Positions 1 through 11,726 are shown, counted from the first letter of the stretch. The stretch: DNA of 64,000 nucleotides from an uncultured Thiomicrospira sp. (GCA_965195345.1 OZ239628.1:64001-128000); one strand, 5' to 3'. Notes: a model not told the origin generated them from the sequence alone. Made by a program: numbers and translations.

Positions 1-1484
1 AAAAGGCCGACATTGTCGTTTTCCCAGAATTAGCGTTGTGTGGATACCCGCCAGAAGACCTTCTTCTGCGCGATGATTTCAAAAAAAGCATCGAACAAGC
101 AATTGCACAACTAACACAGTCAATCGCAGGGATTACTGCACTCATCGGAACCCCTACATGGTGCGACGGCTGCTGTTACAACAGCGCCGTGATTATTGCT
201 GATGGACAAATCAAAAATGTCTATGAAAAAATAGCCTTGCCGAATTATGGCGTCTTTGATGAATGCCGTTACTTTGAGCCAGGAAAATCACCTCTTTTAT
301 TCACCCTCAATCACACAAAAATTGCAGTAGCCATTTGTGAAGACCTTTGGCAGCCAAAAACCGCTGAAGTAGTGAGCGCAGGGTGTGACATATTGCTTTG
401 CTTAAATGCTTCTCCATATCATCAGGGAAAATACCTCCAACGCATTCAAAGCATTCAAACAATCGCAAAAAACCAGTCTTGTGCCGTCGTGTACTGCCAT
501 TTAGCTGGGGCGCAAGATGGGTTAGTATTTGATGGAGGCTCGTTTGCTATAAATAATAGTGGTGATTTAGTCTTTCAAATGCCTTTTTTTGAATCCAGTC
601 AAAAATGCTTCAATACTTCAAGTACGCAAATTTTGCCTCTTTTTGAAGAAGACGATGGGCATTTGTACAAAGCGTTGGTTTGCGGTCTGCGCGATTATGT
701 TTTAAAAAATGGATTTTCCAAAGTATTACTTGGCTTATCAGGCGGCATTGATTCTGCCTTATGTCTTAGTCTATGCGTTGAGGCATTGGGGGCGAGTAAC
801 GTACAGGCTGTCATGTTAGAACACATCTACACATCGAAACTAAGCAAAGATTTAGCTACAGAACAATGCCAATTGCAAAACGTCCAATTGTTGGAATTAT
901 CTATCAGCAACACCGTTGCTGCACTTGAGCAAGCATTATCGATTGAACCTGACAGAAATCTTTCAGAAATTACTCGTCAGAACATTCAAGCCCGAAGCCG
1001 AGGTGTGTTGCTGATGGCACTGTCCAATGAAAACGGACAATTACTGATTAATACTGGCAATAAAAGCGAAATGTCCGTAGGATATTCCACACTTTATGGC
1101 GACATGTGTGGTGCATTCGCACCCATCAAAGATGTCTCAAAAACAACCACATATCGCTTGGCAAACTACGTTAATAGCATTGAGTATCGAATTCCAAAAG
1201 GCGTTATTGAGCGCCCACCAAGTGCCGAGCTTGCCCAAGAACAAAAAGACAGCGACTCTCTGCCCGAATACAGCGAATTAGATGCAATAATCCACGACTT
1301 TGTCGAATGCGACTCTCAACCTAAAGAGATAAATGCTGTCACCAATAAAGTAATAAATATGATTGTCTCTGCCGAATATAAACGCAATCAATCACCTCTT
1401 GGGGTTAAGGTGACGGAAAAATCTTTTGATCGAGAGCGTCGTTACCCTATCACTCAAGGCTATTTCAAGCAAAAACCGTCTTAA
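1..1484 (+). CDS. nadE: Glutamine-dependent NAD+ synthetase (5' end truncated by window edge)
   Basis: Frame is open from the window start (KADIVVFPELALCGYPPEDLL). Nitrilase-domain motifs LPNYGVFDE and ICEDLW; synthetase motifs LGLSGGIDS, TGNKSE, YGDMCG, PPSAEL. Confidence 0.95.
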   Translation, partial: KADIVVFPELALCGYPPEDLLLRDDFKKSIEQAIAQLTQSIAGITALIGTPTWCDGCCYNSAVIIADGQIKNVYEKIALPNYGVFDECRYFEPGKSPLLFTLNHTKIAVAICEDLWQPKTAEVVSAGCDILLCLNASPYHQGKYLQRIQSIQTIAKNQSCAVVYCHLAGAQDGLVFDGGSFAINNSGDLVFQMPFFESSQKCFNTSSTQILPLFEEDDGHLYKALVCGLRDYVLKNGFSKVLLGLSGGIDSALCLSLCVEALGASNVQAVMLEHIYTSKLSKDLATEQCQLQNVQLLELSISNTVAALEQALSIEPDRNLSEITRQNIQARSRGVLLMALSNENGQLLINTGNKSEMSVGYSTLYGDMCGAFAPIKDVSKTTTYRLANYVNSIEYRIPKGVIERPPSAELAQEQKDSDSLPEYSELDAIIHDFVECDSQPKEINAVTNKVINMIVSAEYKRNQSPLGVKVTEKSFDRERRYPITQGYFKQKPS

Positions 1485-1511
1485 ATTGAACCAAACTCCG
1501 AGTAAATTTTC

Positions 1512-1832
1512 ATGCATTTCTTAGAAACACTACAAACAACTATTGAAGCACGCAAGCATTCTAATGAAAACGATTCTTATGTATCAAGTCTACTAACAAA
1601 GGGTCACCCAGCCATTGCGGAAAAGATACAAGAAGAAGCTCAAGAATGCGTAGATGCATCCAATAATGATGACTCTGATCATTTAGTGCGCGAAGTTGCT
1701 GATTTATTGTTTCACAGCATGATCATGCTTTCGCATCATAATAAATCGATCACCGATGTCGTAGCGGAGTTACATCGTCGACAAGGCATCTCTGGTCATA
1801 AAGAAAAAGCAATGCGTTCAACCAAACCCTAA
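1512..1832 (+). CDS. hisE: Phosphoribosyl-ATP pyrophosphatase
   Basis: SYVSSLL..G...IAEKIQEEA and EVADLLFH..ML motifs; C-terminal EL.RRQGISG; 106 aa. Confidence 0.93.
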   Translation: MHFLETLQTTIEARKHSNENDSYVSSLLTKGHPAIAEKIQEEAQECVDASNNDDSDHLVREVADLLFHSMIMLSHHNKSITDVVAELHRRQGISGHKEKAMRSTKP

Positions 1833-1884
1833 AATAGAGCGCATCCAAACATATAACACACCCTCCTTAAGGCAACAGTAAACA

Positions 1885-3063
1885 ATGGACAAAGCACACG
1901 AAATATTATTGCGCGGTATCGATGAAATCGTCCCCATGCAGGAATTTGAAGAAAAAATAAAATCTGGGAAAAAACTCCGAATAAAAGCAGGTTTTGATCC
2001 AACAGCACCCGATTTACACTTAGGGCATACTGTGCTTATCAATAAGTTGCGTCAATTTCAAGATTTAGGTCACGAAGTGATTTTTCTCATCGGCGACTTT
2101 ACTGCAATGATTGGTGACCCTACGGGCAAAAATGCAACACGAAAGCCACTGTCAAGGGAAGCAATCAATAAAAATGCCTCAACATACAAACAACAAGTTT
2201 TTAAAATTCTTGACGAGAAGAAAACAATCATTGCTCACAACTCTGAATGGAGTGCAAAACTTACTTCAATTGATATGATTCGACTTGCAAGCCAAAAAAC
2301 CGTTGCTCGTATGCTTGAACGAAACGATTTTTCCGAAAGGTATAAAAATAATCAAGATATTGCTATTCATGAGTTCCTTTACCCTTTGATGCAAGGGCAC
2401 GATTCAGTAGTACTTGAGGCAGATATTGAACTGGGGGGAACTGATCAGAAATTTAATCTTTTAGTTGGTCGTGATTTGCAGCGCAACGCAGGACAAAACA
2501 CACAAGTCATCATGACATTGCCTCTTTTAGAGGGATTAGATGGCGTGAATAAAATGTCAAAATCGCTGGGTAACTACATTGGAATTGATGAACCAGCAAA
2601 TATCATGTTTGCAAAAATCATGTCTGTCTCCGATGAGTTAATGTGGCGATATTTTGAGCTGCTTAGCTTTATTGGAAATGATGAGATTGACGCATTGAAA
2701 AAACGTGTAGCCGATGGAGAAAACCCTCGCAATGTCAAAGTACTTCTGGGTCGAGAAATTGTCGCAAGACTATACGATGAACAAACGGCGCAACTTGCTG
2801 AAATTGCGTTTAGCGATCAGTTTAGCAAAAATTTAATTCCTGAGGACATTCCCGACTTCAAACTTGCGCCACAGCCGTTACCTAATTTATTGGTTGAAGC
2901 ACGCCTGTGTTCTTCCACTTCGGAAGCAAGACGAATGATTGAGCAAGGAGCCGTCAAGGTAGATGGTGAAAAGGTATCGTCGATCAGCGCACCAACCAGC
3001 ACAGAAAACAGTGTTTATCAAGTTGGTAAAAGAAAATTTGCACGCATAACGATTTGCACTTAA
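1885..3063 (+). CDS. tyrS: Tyrosine--tRNA ligase
   Basis: [13 protein letters not shown] (HIGH-like), [16 protein letters not shown]-terminal S4 domain (QVGKRKFAR). Confidence 0.97.
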   Translation: MDKAHEILLRGIDEIVPMQEFEEKIKSGKKLRIKAGFDPTAPDLHLGHTVLINKLRQFQDLGHEVIFLIGDFTAMIGDPTGKNATRKPLSREAINKNASTYKQQVFKILDEKKTIIAHNSEWSAKLTSIDMIRLASQKTVARMLERNDFSERYKNNQDIAIHEFLYPLMQGHDSVVLEADIELGGTDQKFNLLVGRDLQRNAGQNTQVIMTLPLLEGLDGVNKMSKSLGNYIGIDEPANIMFAKIMSVSDELMWRYFELLSFIGNDEIDALKKRVADGENPRNVKVLLGREIVARLYDEQTAQLAEIAFSDQFSKNLIPEDIPDFKLAPQPLPNLLVEARLCSSTSEARRMIEQGAVKVDGEKVSSISAPTSTENSVYQVGKRKFARITICT

Positions 3064-3176
3064 ACAACTTACTTGAATCAACGCACCGCCACCGAGCCAT
3101 ACATTTGAAATGATTAGGTATCGCTTGGTATTCTTGCTACAATTAATATCTTCCTTTGACACTGTATAACCCTCTC

Positions 3177-4061
3177 ATGCCTTTGACTCAAAAACGTAAA
3201 GAATTCATTGATTCCGTTCTGCTTGAAATGCCTGAACGCATTCAAAGTTTGCGTGGGAAAACCATTGTGATTAAATACGGTGGCAATGCCATGGTAGATG
3301 AACATTTAAAGCATTCTTTTGCATACGATGTTGTTCAACTTAAACGCATAGGAATGAATCCTATTGTGGTGCATGGTGGCGGTCCACAAATCAACGACAT
3401 GCTAAACCGTTTGGATATAAAGTCAAATTTTATTCAGGGCATGCGTGTGACTGACCAACAAACCATGCAAGTTGTTGAAATGGTGTTGGGTGGGCACGTA
3501 AACAAAGACATCGTCAATTTAATCCTGAACCAAGGAGGGCAAGCGGTAGGTCTAACTGGTAAAGATGGGAACATGATTGAGGCGAAAAAAATGCGCATGC
3601 GCGATGAAAAATCCAACAATTCTCAATTCATTGATCTTGGCTTTGTTGGAGAAGTATTAAAAATCAATCAATCACTGCTCAACGTCCTTTGTGAAAATAA
3701 CTTCATTCCTGTTATTGCTCCTATTGGTCGTAACAGCGACGGCGAAACTTTCAATATTAATGCTGACTTGGTTGCTGGTGAAGTCGCTAAATCAATTTTG
3801 GCTGAAAAGTTACTACTGCTAACAAACACGCCTGGTGTGCTTGATGAGAATGGAAAACTGCTCAGAGAATTGGATGCTCACAAAGTAGAATGTTTAATCA
3901 AATCAGGTGTAATTTTTGGCGGAATGTTGCCTAAAATACATGGTGCTTTAGACGCTATTAAGAACGGAGTACAGAGTGTGCATATTATTGACGGTCGCCT
4001 CGAAAATGCGCTACTCCTTGAAGTACTAACTCCTTCGAAAACAGGAACTCAAATTTACTAA
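3177..4061 (+). CDS. argB: Acetylglutamate kinase (ORF track starts at 3156; ATG 3177 more plausible)
   Basis: [41 protein letters not shown] motifs. Confidence 0.95.
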   Translation: MPLTQKRKEFIDSVLLEMPERIQSLRGKTIVIKYGGNAMVDEHLKHSFAYDVVQLKRIGMNPIVVHGGGPQINDMLNRLDIKSNFIQGMRVTDQQTMQVVEMVLGGHVNKDIVNLILNQGGQAVGLTGKDGNMIEAKKMRMRDEKSNNSQFIDLGFVGEVLKINQSLLNVLCENNFIPVIAPIGRNSDGETFNINADLVAGEVAKSILAEKLLLLTNTPGVLDENGKLLRELDAHKVECLIKSGVIFGGMLPKIHGALDAIKNGVQSVHIIDGRLENALLLEVLTPSKTGTQIY

Positions 4062-4070
4062 AAAATATAA

Positions 4071-6830
4071 ATGGAAAAAAATTACGATCCAAAAAAAATA
4101 GAATCACCCTTATATCATTTTTGGGAAGAAGGTGGTTTTTTTGAAGCAACCACTGATCCCAGCAAGGAAAATTATTCGATAATGATTCCTCCCCCCAACG
4201 TAACGGGCACATTACACATGGGACACGCCTTTCAAGATACGTTGATGGATGCACTGATTCGCTATCATCGCATGCAAGGAAAAAATACATTGTGGCAACC
4301 GGGTATGGATCACGCAGGCATCGCCACACAAATGGTTGTTGAAAGACAACTTTCTGCCAAAGGCATCAATCGAAAAGAAATAGGACGAGAAGCTTTTGTC
4401 GAAGCCGTTTGGAAATGGAAAGAAGAATCTGGAGGGTCAATTGCACAACAATTACGCCGAATGGGTGCATCTCTTGATTGGTCAAAAGAGTGTTTCACGT
4501 TAGATGATGGATTGTCAGATGCAGTCAAAGAAGTGTTTATTCGACTGTACGAAGAAGGACTAATCTATCGCGGGAAACGTCTCGTAAACTGGGATCCCGT
4601 TCTGCAAACAGCCGTATCTGACCTCGAAGTAGTCAACACAGAGTCCGAAGGCTACATGTACTACGTCCGCTATCCTTTCGTTGACGATGAAAGTGATGGC
4701 ATCGTTATTGCAACCACCCGCCCAGAAACCATTCTCGCTGATGGTGCCATTGCGGTTCATCCTGACGATGAACGATTTAGTGCACTCGTAGGGCAATTCG
4801 TTTGGGTACCGATGGTCGATCGAAAGATTGAAATCATCACCGACTCCCACGTTGATCCTTCTTTTGGATCAGGCTGTGTAAAAATTACAGGAGCGCATGA
4901 TTTCAACGACTTTGAAATGACACAACGACACGCAGATAAAAACATCCCTCTCATTAACTTATTTACCAAGTCAGCACACTTGAATGAGAACGCGCCCAAA
5001 GACTATCAGGGTCTTGATCGTTTCGCTGCTCGAGATAAGATTATCGAAGACCTCAACACAAACAACTATCTAATACAACGCAAAAAACATAAATACGTGT
5101 TGCCCATCGGAGATCGGTCGCAGTCAATTATTGAGCCTTTCCTGACAGATCAGTGGTTTGTAGATGCCAAAGTATTAGCAAAACGTGCCATTGAAGTCGT
5201 CGAGAATGGTGATATTCGTTTCATCCCCAAAAACTGGGAAAACACTTACTTTGATTGGATGCGCAACATACAAGACTGGTGTATTTCAAGACAATTATGG
5301 TGGGGGCACCAAATTCCTGCTTGGTATGGCGAAAATGGTGAATTATTCGTGGCATGTAATGCCGAACAAGCACAAAAAAAAGCGATTGCTGCAGGATACA
5401 CGGGTGCACTCGTACAAGATGAAGATGTGATGGACACTTGGTTTTCATCGGCACTTTGGCCTTTTACGACGCTTGGCTGGCCAAATAAAACAGTTGAACT
5501 TGAACACTTCTATCCAACATCGGTATTAGTGACTGGTTTTGATATTATCTTTTTCTGGGTAGCGCGCATGATCATGTGTGGCGTGAAATTTACCGATGAA
5601 ATGCCATTCAAAGAGGTTTATGTACATGGCTTGGTGCGCGATGCGCTTGGACAAAAAATGTCAAAATCGAAAGGCAACGTACTTGACCCCATAGATATCA
5701 TTGACGGCATAGACCTTGAATCTTTAGTTCAAAAACGCACTGCTGGTTTAATGCAACCACAAAAGGCAAGACAAATAGAAGAGGATACGCGCAAACTTTA
5801 TGCTAACGGCATTCCTCCTTATGGTTGCGATGCATTGCGCTTCACATTCGCCGCAATGGCATCAACGGGTCGAGACATTCGTTTTGAGTTATCGCGCTGT
5901 GAAGGATATAGAAATTTCTGCAATAAACTATGGAACGGTGCTCGTTTTGTTCTAATGCGTGTGGAAGACCAAAGCATCGACACCGCACCATCGGAACATA
6001 TTTTTGATAGATGGATTGAATCTCGATTACAAAAAACCATCGCCATTGTAGATACTAATTTTAATAATTACCGACTTGATTTGGTTGCTGCTGCCTTATA
6101 TGATTTTGTATGGCATGACTTTTGTGATTGGTATTTAGAATTATCAAAGGTAATATTGAAGGACGAGAATCACGCAGGAAAGACAAGATATCATATGATA
6201 AAAATGATCGACACGATATGTCGTCTGTCTCATCCAATAATTCCTTTCCTCACAGAAGAAATCTGGCAATCCGTTAAAAAGCCTTTAGGTAATAAAGGTC
6301 AAACTTTGATGCTTCAAAGCTACCCTAAAAAAGAGCAATTCTCTATTGATGAGCAGGCGGAAGAACAATTGCATTGGATAAAATCGATTGTAAATGCAGT
6401 ACGCAACATTCGATCACAAATGAATGTTCCTCCCTCAACTCAGCTGACGGTATTCCTACAAACACAAGATGATGATGAACAACAGTGGTTAGCAACCCAC
6501 CATTCATCGCTCAACGCGCTTGCACGACTTCAGGAAATAACAATATCCGAAGAAGACATTCCTAAAGCTGCATCGGCAATATGTGGCAATGGCAAACTAT
6601 ACATTCCCTTGCAAGACGTCATAAATACTGATGACGAAAAACAAAGGCTTGAACGTGAAATAGAGCGTTGCAAAAAAATGCTTACACAATTAACGGGCAA
6701 ACTAAACAACGAGGCGTTTATTGCAAAAGCTCCATCTGAAATCGTTGATGACGTAAAGCAGAAAAAAGAGCGACAACAAAGCGTCTTAAATCATCTTGAA
6801 AACCAATATGCGCTTCTATCTGATATGTAA
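4071..6830 (+). CDS. valS: Valine--tRNA ligase
   Basis: PPPNVTGTLHMGHA, DHAGIATQ, DWCISRQLWWGH, KMSKSKGN, C-terminal coiled coil. Confidence 0.98.
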   Translation: MEKNYDPKKIESPLYHFWEEGGFFEATTDPSKENYSIMIPPPNVTGTLHMGHAFQDTLMDALIRYHRMQGKNTLWQPGMDHAGIATQMVVERQLSAKGINRKEIGREAFVEAVWKWKEESGGSIAQQLRRMGASLDWSKECFTLDDGLSDAVKEVFIRLYEEGLIYRGKRLVNWDPVLQTAVSDLEVVNTESEGYMYYVRYPFVDDESDGIVIATTRPETILADGAIAVHPDDERFSALVGQFVWVPMVDRKIEIITDSHVDPSFGSGCVKITGAHDFNDFEMTQRHADKNIPLINLFTKSAHLNENAPKDYQGLDRFAARDKIIEDLNTNNYLIQRKKHKYVLPIGDRSQSIIEPFLTDQWFVDAKVLAKRAIEVVENGDIRFIPKNWENTYFDWMRNIQDWCISRQLWWGHQIPAWYGENGELFVACNAEQAQKKAIAAGYTGALVQDEDVMDTWFSSALWPFTTLGWPNKTVELEHFYPTSVLVTGFDIIFFWVARMIMCGVKFTDEMPFKEVYVHGLVRDALGQKMSKSKGNVLDPIDIIDGIDLESLVQKRTAGLMQPQKARQIEEDTRKLYANGIPPYGCDALRFTFAAMASTGRDIRFELSRCEGYRNFCNKLWNGARFVLMRVEDQSIDTAPSEHIFDRWIESRLQKTIAIVDTNFNNYRLDLVAAALYDFVWHDFCDWYLELSKVILKDENHAGKTRYHMIKMIDTICRLSHPIIPFLTEEIWQSVKKPLGNKGQTLMLQSYPKKEQFSIDEQAEEQLHWIKSIVNAVRNIRSQMNVPPSTQLTVFLQTQDDDEQQWLATHHSSLNALARLQEITISEEDIPKAASAICGNGKLYIPLQDVINTDDEKQRLEREIERCKKMLTQLTGKLNNEAFIAKAPSEIVDDVKQKKERQQSVLNHLENQYALLSDM

Positions 6831-7482
6831 TCTACTATGTAGTCTATTGCTCATGGCGTCCTCTAACGCGCAAGCAGAGAGCAGTCTTTATATTTCTAAT
6901 GCGTTAACTGTCCCCATGCTAAAAGAAAGAGTCGCTGACTCGCCGGTTATTTTTGAACTGCCTTTAACAGCGAAAATACAGGTCATTAGCCAAACAAATG
7001 AGGGCTGGAGTGAAATCCGATATAAAAACAAAAAAGGTTGGATAGAAAGTCGTTATCTATCTGTACAACCAAACAATGCGGTTACTTTGGAAAATTTAAA
7101 AAATGAATTTAAACTTTTCAAACGCGATACTTTGACGCTTGAGAGTGAGCTTGAATACCATCGCAAACAACAGGAAAAATCAGTTAAAGAGCTGAAAGAA
7201 TTGCAAAGAGAAAGTTACATACTACTACACAAGGCAAACCACTTCAAGCAACTAGCAGAAAAACCGCTCTCAGTAGAAAAGAAAAACAAGGCAATACGTC
7301 AACAAGTGGAAGTCTTAAAAATCGAAAACGACTTGTTACGCCATACTGAAGAATTGAAGCAAAAAGGCAAAGAGCGAAATTGGATCGCTCTACTGGTTTT
7401 TTTCAGCATTTTATGTGCTATCATTGGGATATTCATTGGTAGTTATATTTCCACACGTCCTAAACCGTTCAATCAAAAATGA
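6808..7482 (+). CDS. SH3-domain, coiled-coil, C-terminally anchored protein (YgiM/TIGR04211-like)
   Basis: Signal peptide (..SSNAQA), bacterial SH3 pattern GWSEIR...KKGWIESRYL, long coiled coil, C-terminal TM helix. Start at ATG 6808 is inferred. Confidence 0.65.
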   Translation: MRFYLICNLLCSLLLMASSNAQAESSLYISNALTVPMLKERVADSPVIFELPLTAKIQVISQTNEGWSEIRYKNKKGWIESRYLSVQPNNAVTLENLKNEFKLFKRDTLTLESELEYHRKQQEKSVKELKELQRESYILLHKANHFKQLAEKPLSVEKKNKAIRQQVEVLKIENDLLRHTEELKQKGKERNWIALLVFFSILCAIIGIFIGSYISTRPKPFNQK

Positions 7483-7979
7483 AGCTTCAATACTTCCCTC
7501 ACAATGAGTCTATTTTGCGCCAAAAAAGCGCTTCTATCAAAAATGTAGATGGCGACCTTAATAAAAAAATAAAAAGCATGCTAAAACTCATGTATGAGAA
7601 AAAAGGTGTCGGACTTGCTGCCATTCAAGTCGGTATCAAACAACGATTTTTTGTTATGGACATAAGCGCTGAAAACAATCAACCTCTTGTTTTCATCAAT
7701 CCAGTTATTGTCGCTCAAGAAGGTGAGATCGAGTGGGAAGAAGGGTGTTTATCTATCCCTGACATCACCTATCCAACCAAACGCGCTGCACATGTGATTG
7801 TGGAAGGAATTGATGAGAAAGGTAACGCATTCAAGCGTGAGTTAACGGAGCTTGCTTCCGTTTGCGCCCAACATGAAATTGACCACCTGAATGGGAAACT
7901 TTTTATAGATCAACTCTCACGCCTTAAATACAATCGTCTCAAAGCTAAACTACTGAAAGAAGGGAAAATTGACTCCTAA
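7479..7979 (+). CDS. def: Peptide deformylase
   Basis: GVGLAAIQVG, EGCLSIP, QHEIDHLNG motifs. Confidence 0.97.
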   Translation: MKLQYFPHNESILRQKSASIKNVDGDLNKKIKSMLKLMYEKKGVGLAAIQVGIKQRFFVMDISAENNQPLVFINPVIVAQEGEIEWEEGCLSIPDITYPTKRAAHVIVEGIDEKGNAFKRELTELASVCAQHEIDHLNGKLFIDQLSRLKYNRLKAKLLKEGKIDS

Positions 7980-8090
7980 ACATCAGCCGCGACATCGCAG
8001 TTGTTTTAATTATTCCAATTGATCATTCTTTATATTTTTGCCAATTCAATAGATGGCCTTATAAGGTATAATTTCCACGTTTTCATGATA

Positions 8091-8167
8091 GCGCCCGTAG
8101 TTCAACTGGATAGAATACCTGGCTACGAACCAGGCGGTTGGGAGTTCGAGTCTTCCCGGGCGCGCCA
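8091..8167 (+). tRNA. tRNA-Arg (anticodon ACG)
   Basis: 77 nt cloverleaf: acceptor stem GCGCCCG/CGGGCGC, anticodon stem CCTGG-CTACGAA-CCAGG, GTTCGAG T-loop, 3' CCA encoded. Confidence 0.97.
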
Positions 8168-8184
8168 CACACAGGATTGGTTAT

Positions 8185-9297
8185 ATGAATCTACCAGAGA
8201 TCAACCCTACTTATTATTATTCAATTGGGTTACTCCTTACTCTATTCGCATGTATCTGGTTTATAAACTGGCTATTCAAACGCCCTTGGTTACCAGAATG
8301 GTTTGATAGTGATCTTCGAAAACGCTTAAAAACACCCCTTTTAATTGGAATAATGCTAGGTGCTGTCAGCACCTTATTCGAAGCGCAAGTATTCAAAATC
8401 GACGGATGGGCACCCCCAATGTGGCTTTTAAATGCCATGAATGTTGTCATGGTTGCCATACTTTTTTGGGCGTCAAGCGTTATTTTGCGTGTTCTAGCCC
8501 AACTTCTGAAGCATAAAAAGAAAGCCGATAATCAATGGCAAACAAACATATCTGGATTAGAAAAATTTGGTATGGTCGTTATCGCCACCATAGGTTCCAT
8601 CTTCATTCTGAAAACTTTGGATTACGATATTTCAAGTATTCTTGCTCTTGGAGGAATTTCTGGCATCGCTATCGGATTAGCTGCTCGAGATATGCTTGCA
8701 AATATTTTTGGTGGTCTATTTCTTTACTTCGATAAACCTTTCTCCGTTAACGACTGGATAAGATCTCCTGACCGCTCAATCGAAGGAACGGTTCAAAAAA
8801 TCGGACTCCGCCAAACAACTGTGCGCACTTTCAATTCACGCCCAATTTATATCCCCAACGCTTTATTCAACAACATCGTCATAGAGAACCCAACGCGTAT
8901 GCTGAACCGACGCATCTATGAAAAGTTTGGCTTGCGTTACGAAGATTCGCATGTGCTTAGTGCGATCCTTCTTGAAATAGAAAAATCGTTAAAAAACAAC
9001 CCTGAAATTGACAGCACTAAAACCTTAATGGTTAATTTTGATTGCTTTGGAGAAAGTGCGCTTGAATGCTTTATTTATACATTCACCAAAACCACAAACT
9101 GGCAGGAATATCACGCCATAAAACAAAAAGTTATGCTGGATGTTTTAGTAATTATTGCCAAAAACGGTGCTTCCTGTGCATTCCCTACACAAACGTTAGA
9201 TATAAAAGACTCTACACTTTCAGGCTTAAGTACGGCTGACGACGAAAATGCTGCGGCATTGCAGACTTTAATCAAGAAATCCCCTGCCCAAAAATAA
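8185..9297 (+). CDS. mscS: Small-conductance mechanosensitive channel family protein
   Basis: TM helices followed by LALGGISGIAIGLAARDMLANIFGG, DKPFSVNDWI, GTVQKIGLRQT, YIPN. Confidence 0.9.
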   Translation: MNLPEINPTYYYSIGLLLTLFACIWFINWLFKRPWLPEWFDSDLRKRLKTPLLIGIMLGAVSTLFEAQVFKIDGWAPPMWLLNAMNVVMVAILFWASSVILRVLAQLLKHKKKADNQWQTNISGLEKFGMVVIATIGSIFILKTLDYDISSILALGGISGIAIGLAARDMLANIFGGLFLYFDKPFSVNDWIRSPDRSIEGTVQKIGLRQTTVRTFNSRPIYIPNALFNNIVIENPTRMLNRRIYEKFGLRYEDSHVLSAILLEIEKSLKNNPEIDSTKTLMVNFDCFGESALECFIYTFTKTTNWQEYHAIKQKVMLDVLVIIAKNGASCAFPTQTLDIKDSTLSGLSTADDENAAALQTLIKKSPAQK

Positions 9298-9335
9298 ACT
9301 TACCGCTCGATTACAGTTTTTCTCTCAACTTCAAT

Positions 9336-10220
9336 TCAACCCAAAAGCATCTCAAGCAAGGCCTTTTGGGCATGCAATCGATTTTCAGCTTGTTGCCAAA
9401 CTTTTGATTGATTGCCATCAATCACTTCCTTATAAACCTCTTCTCCTCGATATGCAGGTAAACAATGCAGAAAAATGGCCTCCGGACGTGCGCAATGCAT
9501 CACTTCGCCAGTAACTGCAAAGTTTTGAAATCTTTTCTTCCGTTCTTTAGCCTCCTCTTCATGCCCCATGCTTGCCCACACGTCAGTTGTTACCACCTGA
9601 GCCCCGCTAACAGCTTCACGAGCATCACTCAGATATGTCACATTGTTGTTGTTTTTTTCCTCAGCAATCATGCTCGCTGGAGCACCTATGCGCAAATTAA
9701 AATTAAACAACTGTGCCGCTTGAATATAGCTGTTAGTCATGTTGTTAATATCGCCTAACCAAGCAACGTTCAACCCTTCTAACGAATCAAAACATTCAAG
9801 CATCGTTTGCATATCGGCCAATAATTGGCATGGATGATACGCATCAGTTAGGCCGTTAATCACTGCAACCGATGAGTGCTGAGCTAAATCAATTACTTTT
9901 TGATGAGAAGCACAACGAATCATAATGCCATCCGTCATAGAAGAGATAACCCGCGCTGTATCCGCGATGTGTTCACCCCTTCCCAATTGAGAATCGTTGC
10001 TTCGCAAATAAACAGCATCTCCTCCTAATTGAATCATTCCTGCTTCAAAAGACAATCGAGTTCGCGTCGATGGCTTTTCGAAAATCATTGTTAAAATCTT
10101 TCCTTGAAGCGGAAGATGCGTCTTTTTTTCGTTTCTAAAAGACTTCAACTCAATAGCGCGTTGTAAAAGGTTCAACCCTTGCTGTTTAGATACGTCCTCC
10201 AATGATAAAAAATGCTGCAT
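9336..10220 (-). CDS. argF: Ornithine carbamoyltransferase (start likely ATG 10220)
   Basis: FEKPSTRTR, HPCQLLAD, DVWASMG, FLHCLP, QAENR motifs. Confidence 0.96.
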   Translation of the reverse strand: MQHFLSLEDVSKQQGLNLLQRAIELKSFRNEKKTHLPLQGKILTMIFEKPSTRTRLSFEAGMIQLGGDAVYLRSNDSQLGRGEHIADTARVISSMTDGIMIRCASHQKVIDLAQHSSVAVINGLTDAYHPCQLLADMQTMLECFDSLEGLNVAWLGDINNMTNSYIQAAQLFNFNLRIGAPASMIAEEKNNNNVTYLSDAREAVSGAQVVTTDVWASMGHEEEAKERKKRFQNFAVTGEVMHCARPEAIFLHCLPAYRGEEVYKEVIDGNQSKVWQQAENRLHAQKALLEMLLG

Positions 10221-10227
10221 AAAAATT

Positions 10228-11406
10228 CTAGCTTTGCTCTGATTCAAGTTTGATAATCTCATTTGATAACAACTGTGCTACCGTATCCAACTCCTCTTCA
10301 GAAATAGTCAACGGAGGTAATAAACGGATAACATGTCCTTGTGTTACATTAATAAGCAGTCCTTTGCTTAAGCACCTCCCGACCAACTGGGTACATTCGA
10401 CTTCAAGCACAACACCCATCATCAACCCTTTGTGTCTGATGCATTTTAAAATAGACTTATCGCCGAGCATTTGCAGCAGTTTGTTACAAAGATAATCGCC
10501 TTTCTGTTCACTTTTTGTTACCAAGTCCTCCTTAAAAAGTACATCAACAACAACTTGAGCTACAGAGCAAGCAAATGGATTCCCTCCAAAAGTGGAACCA
10601 TGATTCCCTGGGTGATACAACTCCAACGCTGCTTGAGAAACCAAACAAGAACCTATCGGTATACCGTTACCAAGCCCTTTGGCAAGTGTTAAAACATCTG
10701 GTAAAATATTTTCATGCTGATATGCACAGAATTTGCCAGTACGACCATTTCCAGTTTGGATTTCATCAAGTATCATCAATGCGTCGTGATCTTTTGTTAA
10801 CTGTCTAATTTGAGCCAAATAACCTTCATCAGGTATAACAATGCCACCTTCACCTAATATCGGTTCAATCATCACTGCCACAACATTCTTATTTGCTGAT
10901 AAAACGCGCTCTATAGCCTCGATATCATTGTATGGAACACGCACAAAACCTGTAACAAGTGGCTCAAATCCTGCCTGAATCACTCTATTCCCAGAAGCGC
11001 TCAATGTCGCTAACGAACGGCCATGAAACGCATGCTCAGCGACGATAATCGCAGGTGCGTCCACTCCTTTTTTTTGGGCAAACAAACGAGCCGTTTTAAT
11101 AGCCATTTCATTGGCTTCCAACCCTGAATTGCAAAAAAAGGCTTGCTCCATCCCTGTAGCACTGCAAAGTGTATCTGCCAGTTTTCGCTGGCTTTCAATT
11201 TGATACATATTTGTGGTATGCAATAATCTTGCACTTTGATCTTGAATAACTTCAACAACAGCTGGATGCGAATGACCCAGACCTGTCACGGCAATGCCTG
11301 CCAGTGCATCAAGATAACGCTTTCCCTCATCATCCCACAACCAGCACCCTTTACCATGCGTAAAGCCAACAGGTTGACGTGTATAAACAGGCACTAAATG
11401 TTTCAT
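10228..11406 (-). CDS. argD: Acetylornithine aminotransferase
   Basis: Class III PLP aminotransferase (FHGRS, DEIQTGNGRTG, LAKGLGNG, HGSTFGGNP), directly upstream of argF. Confidence 0.92.
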   Translation of the reverse strand: MKHLVPVYTRQPVGFTHGKGCWLWDDEGKRYLDALAGIAVTGLGHSHPAVVEVIQDQSARLLHTTNMYQIESQRKLADTLCSATGMEQAFFCNSGLEANEMAIKTARLFAQKKGVDAPAIIVAEHAFHGRSLATLSASGNRVIQAGFEPLVTGFVRVPYNDIEAIERVLSANKNVVAVMIEPILGEGGIVIPDEGYLAQIRQLTKDHDALMILDEIQTGNGRTGKFCAYQHENILPDVLTLAKGLGNGIPIGSCLVSQAALELYHPGNHGSTFGGNPFACSVAQVVVDVLFKEDLVTKSEQKGDYLCNKLLQMLGDKSILKCIRHKGLMMGVVLEVECTQLVGRCLSKGLLINVTQGHVIRLLPPLTISEEELDTVAQLLSNEIIKLESEQS

Positions 11407-11726
11407 AACCACTCACCAGTATTAGAAAAAAGGTAAGGATTATACAGGTAATCGCTTATTTTCTATCTACTAAAGAGCCATATTAGCACTCTGCTTGTGC
11501 CGTCCCAAAATGCCTCTTAATAATTGATCTGATGTGCTACTCAATTATTCAACACACGCACAAAGCCATTTAAACAGCAAAGCATTCAGATGACATGTGT
11601 ATTTTAAAAATAGAATTATTTGCTATTATTTTCTTGTGTTACAATGGGTTAATTGATTTTACTAAAGTTTTATATTAGATTGATGTTTCCAAACTCTAAT
11701 CCTAAATTTTTACTTCTCATTAAAAT

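Noticed and set aside
8019-8306. 95-aa ORF in the ORF track
   Set aside because: It overlaps tRNA-Arg and the mscS start, so it is spurious.
8091-9297. tRNA-Arg as an island integration site
   Set aside because: It is followed directly by mscS and core arg genes; no integrase or duplicated tRNA 3' end was seen.
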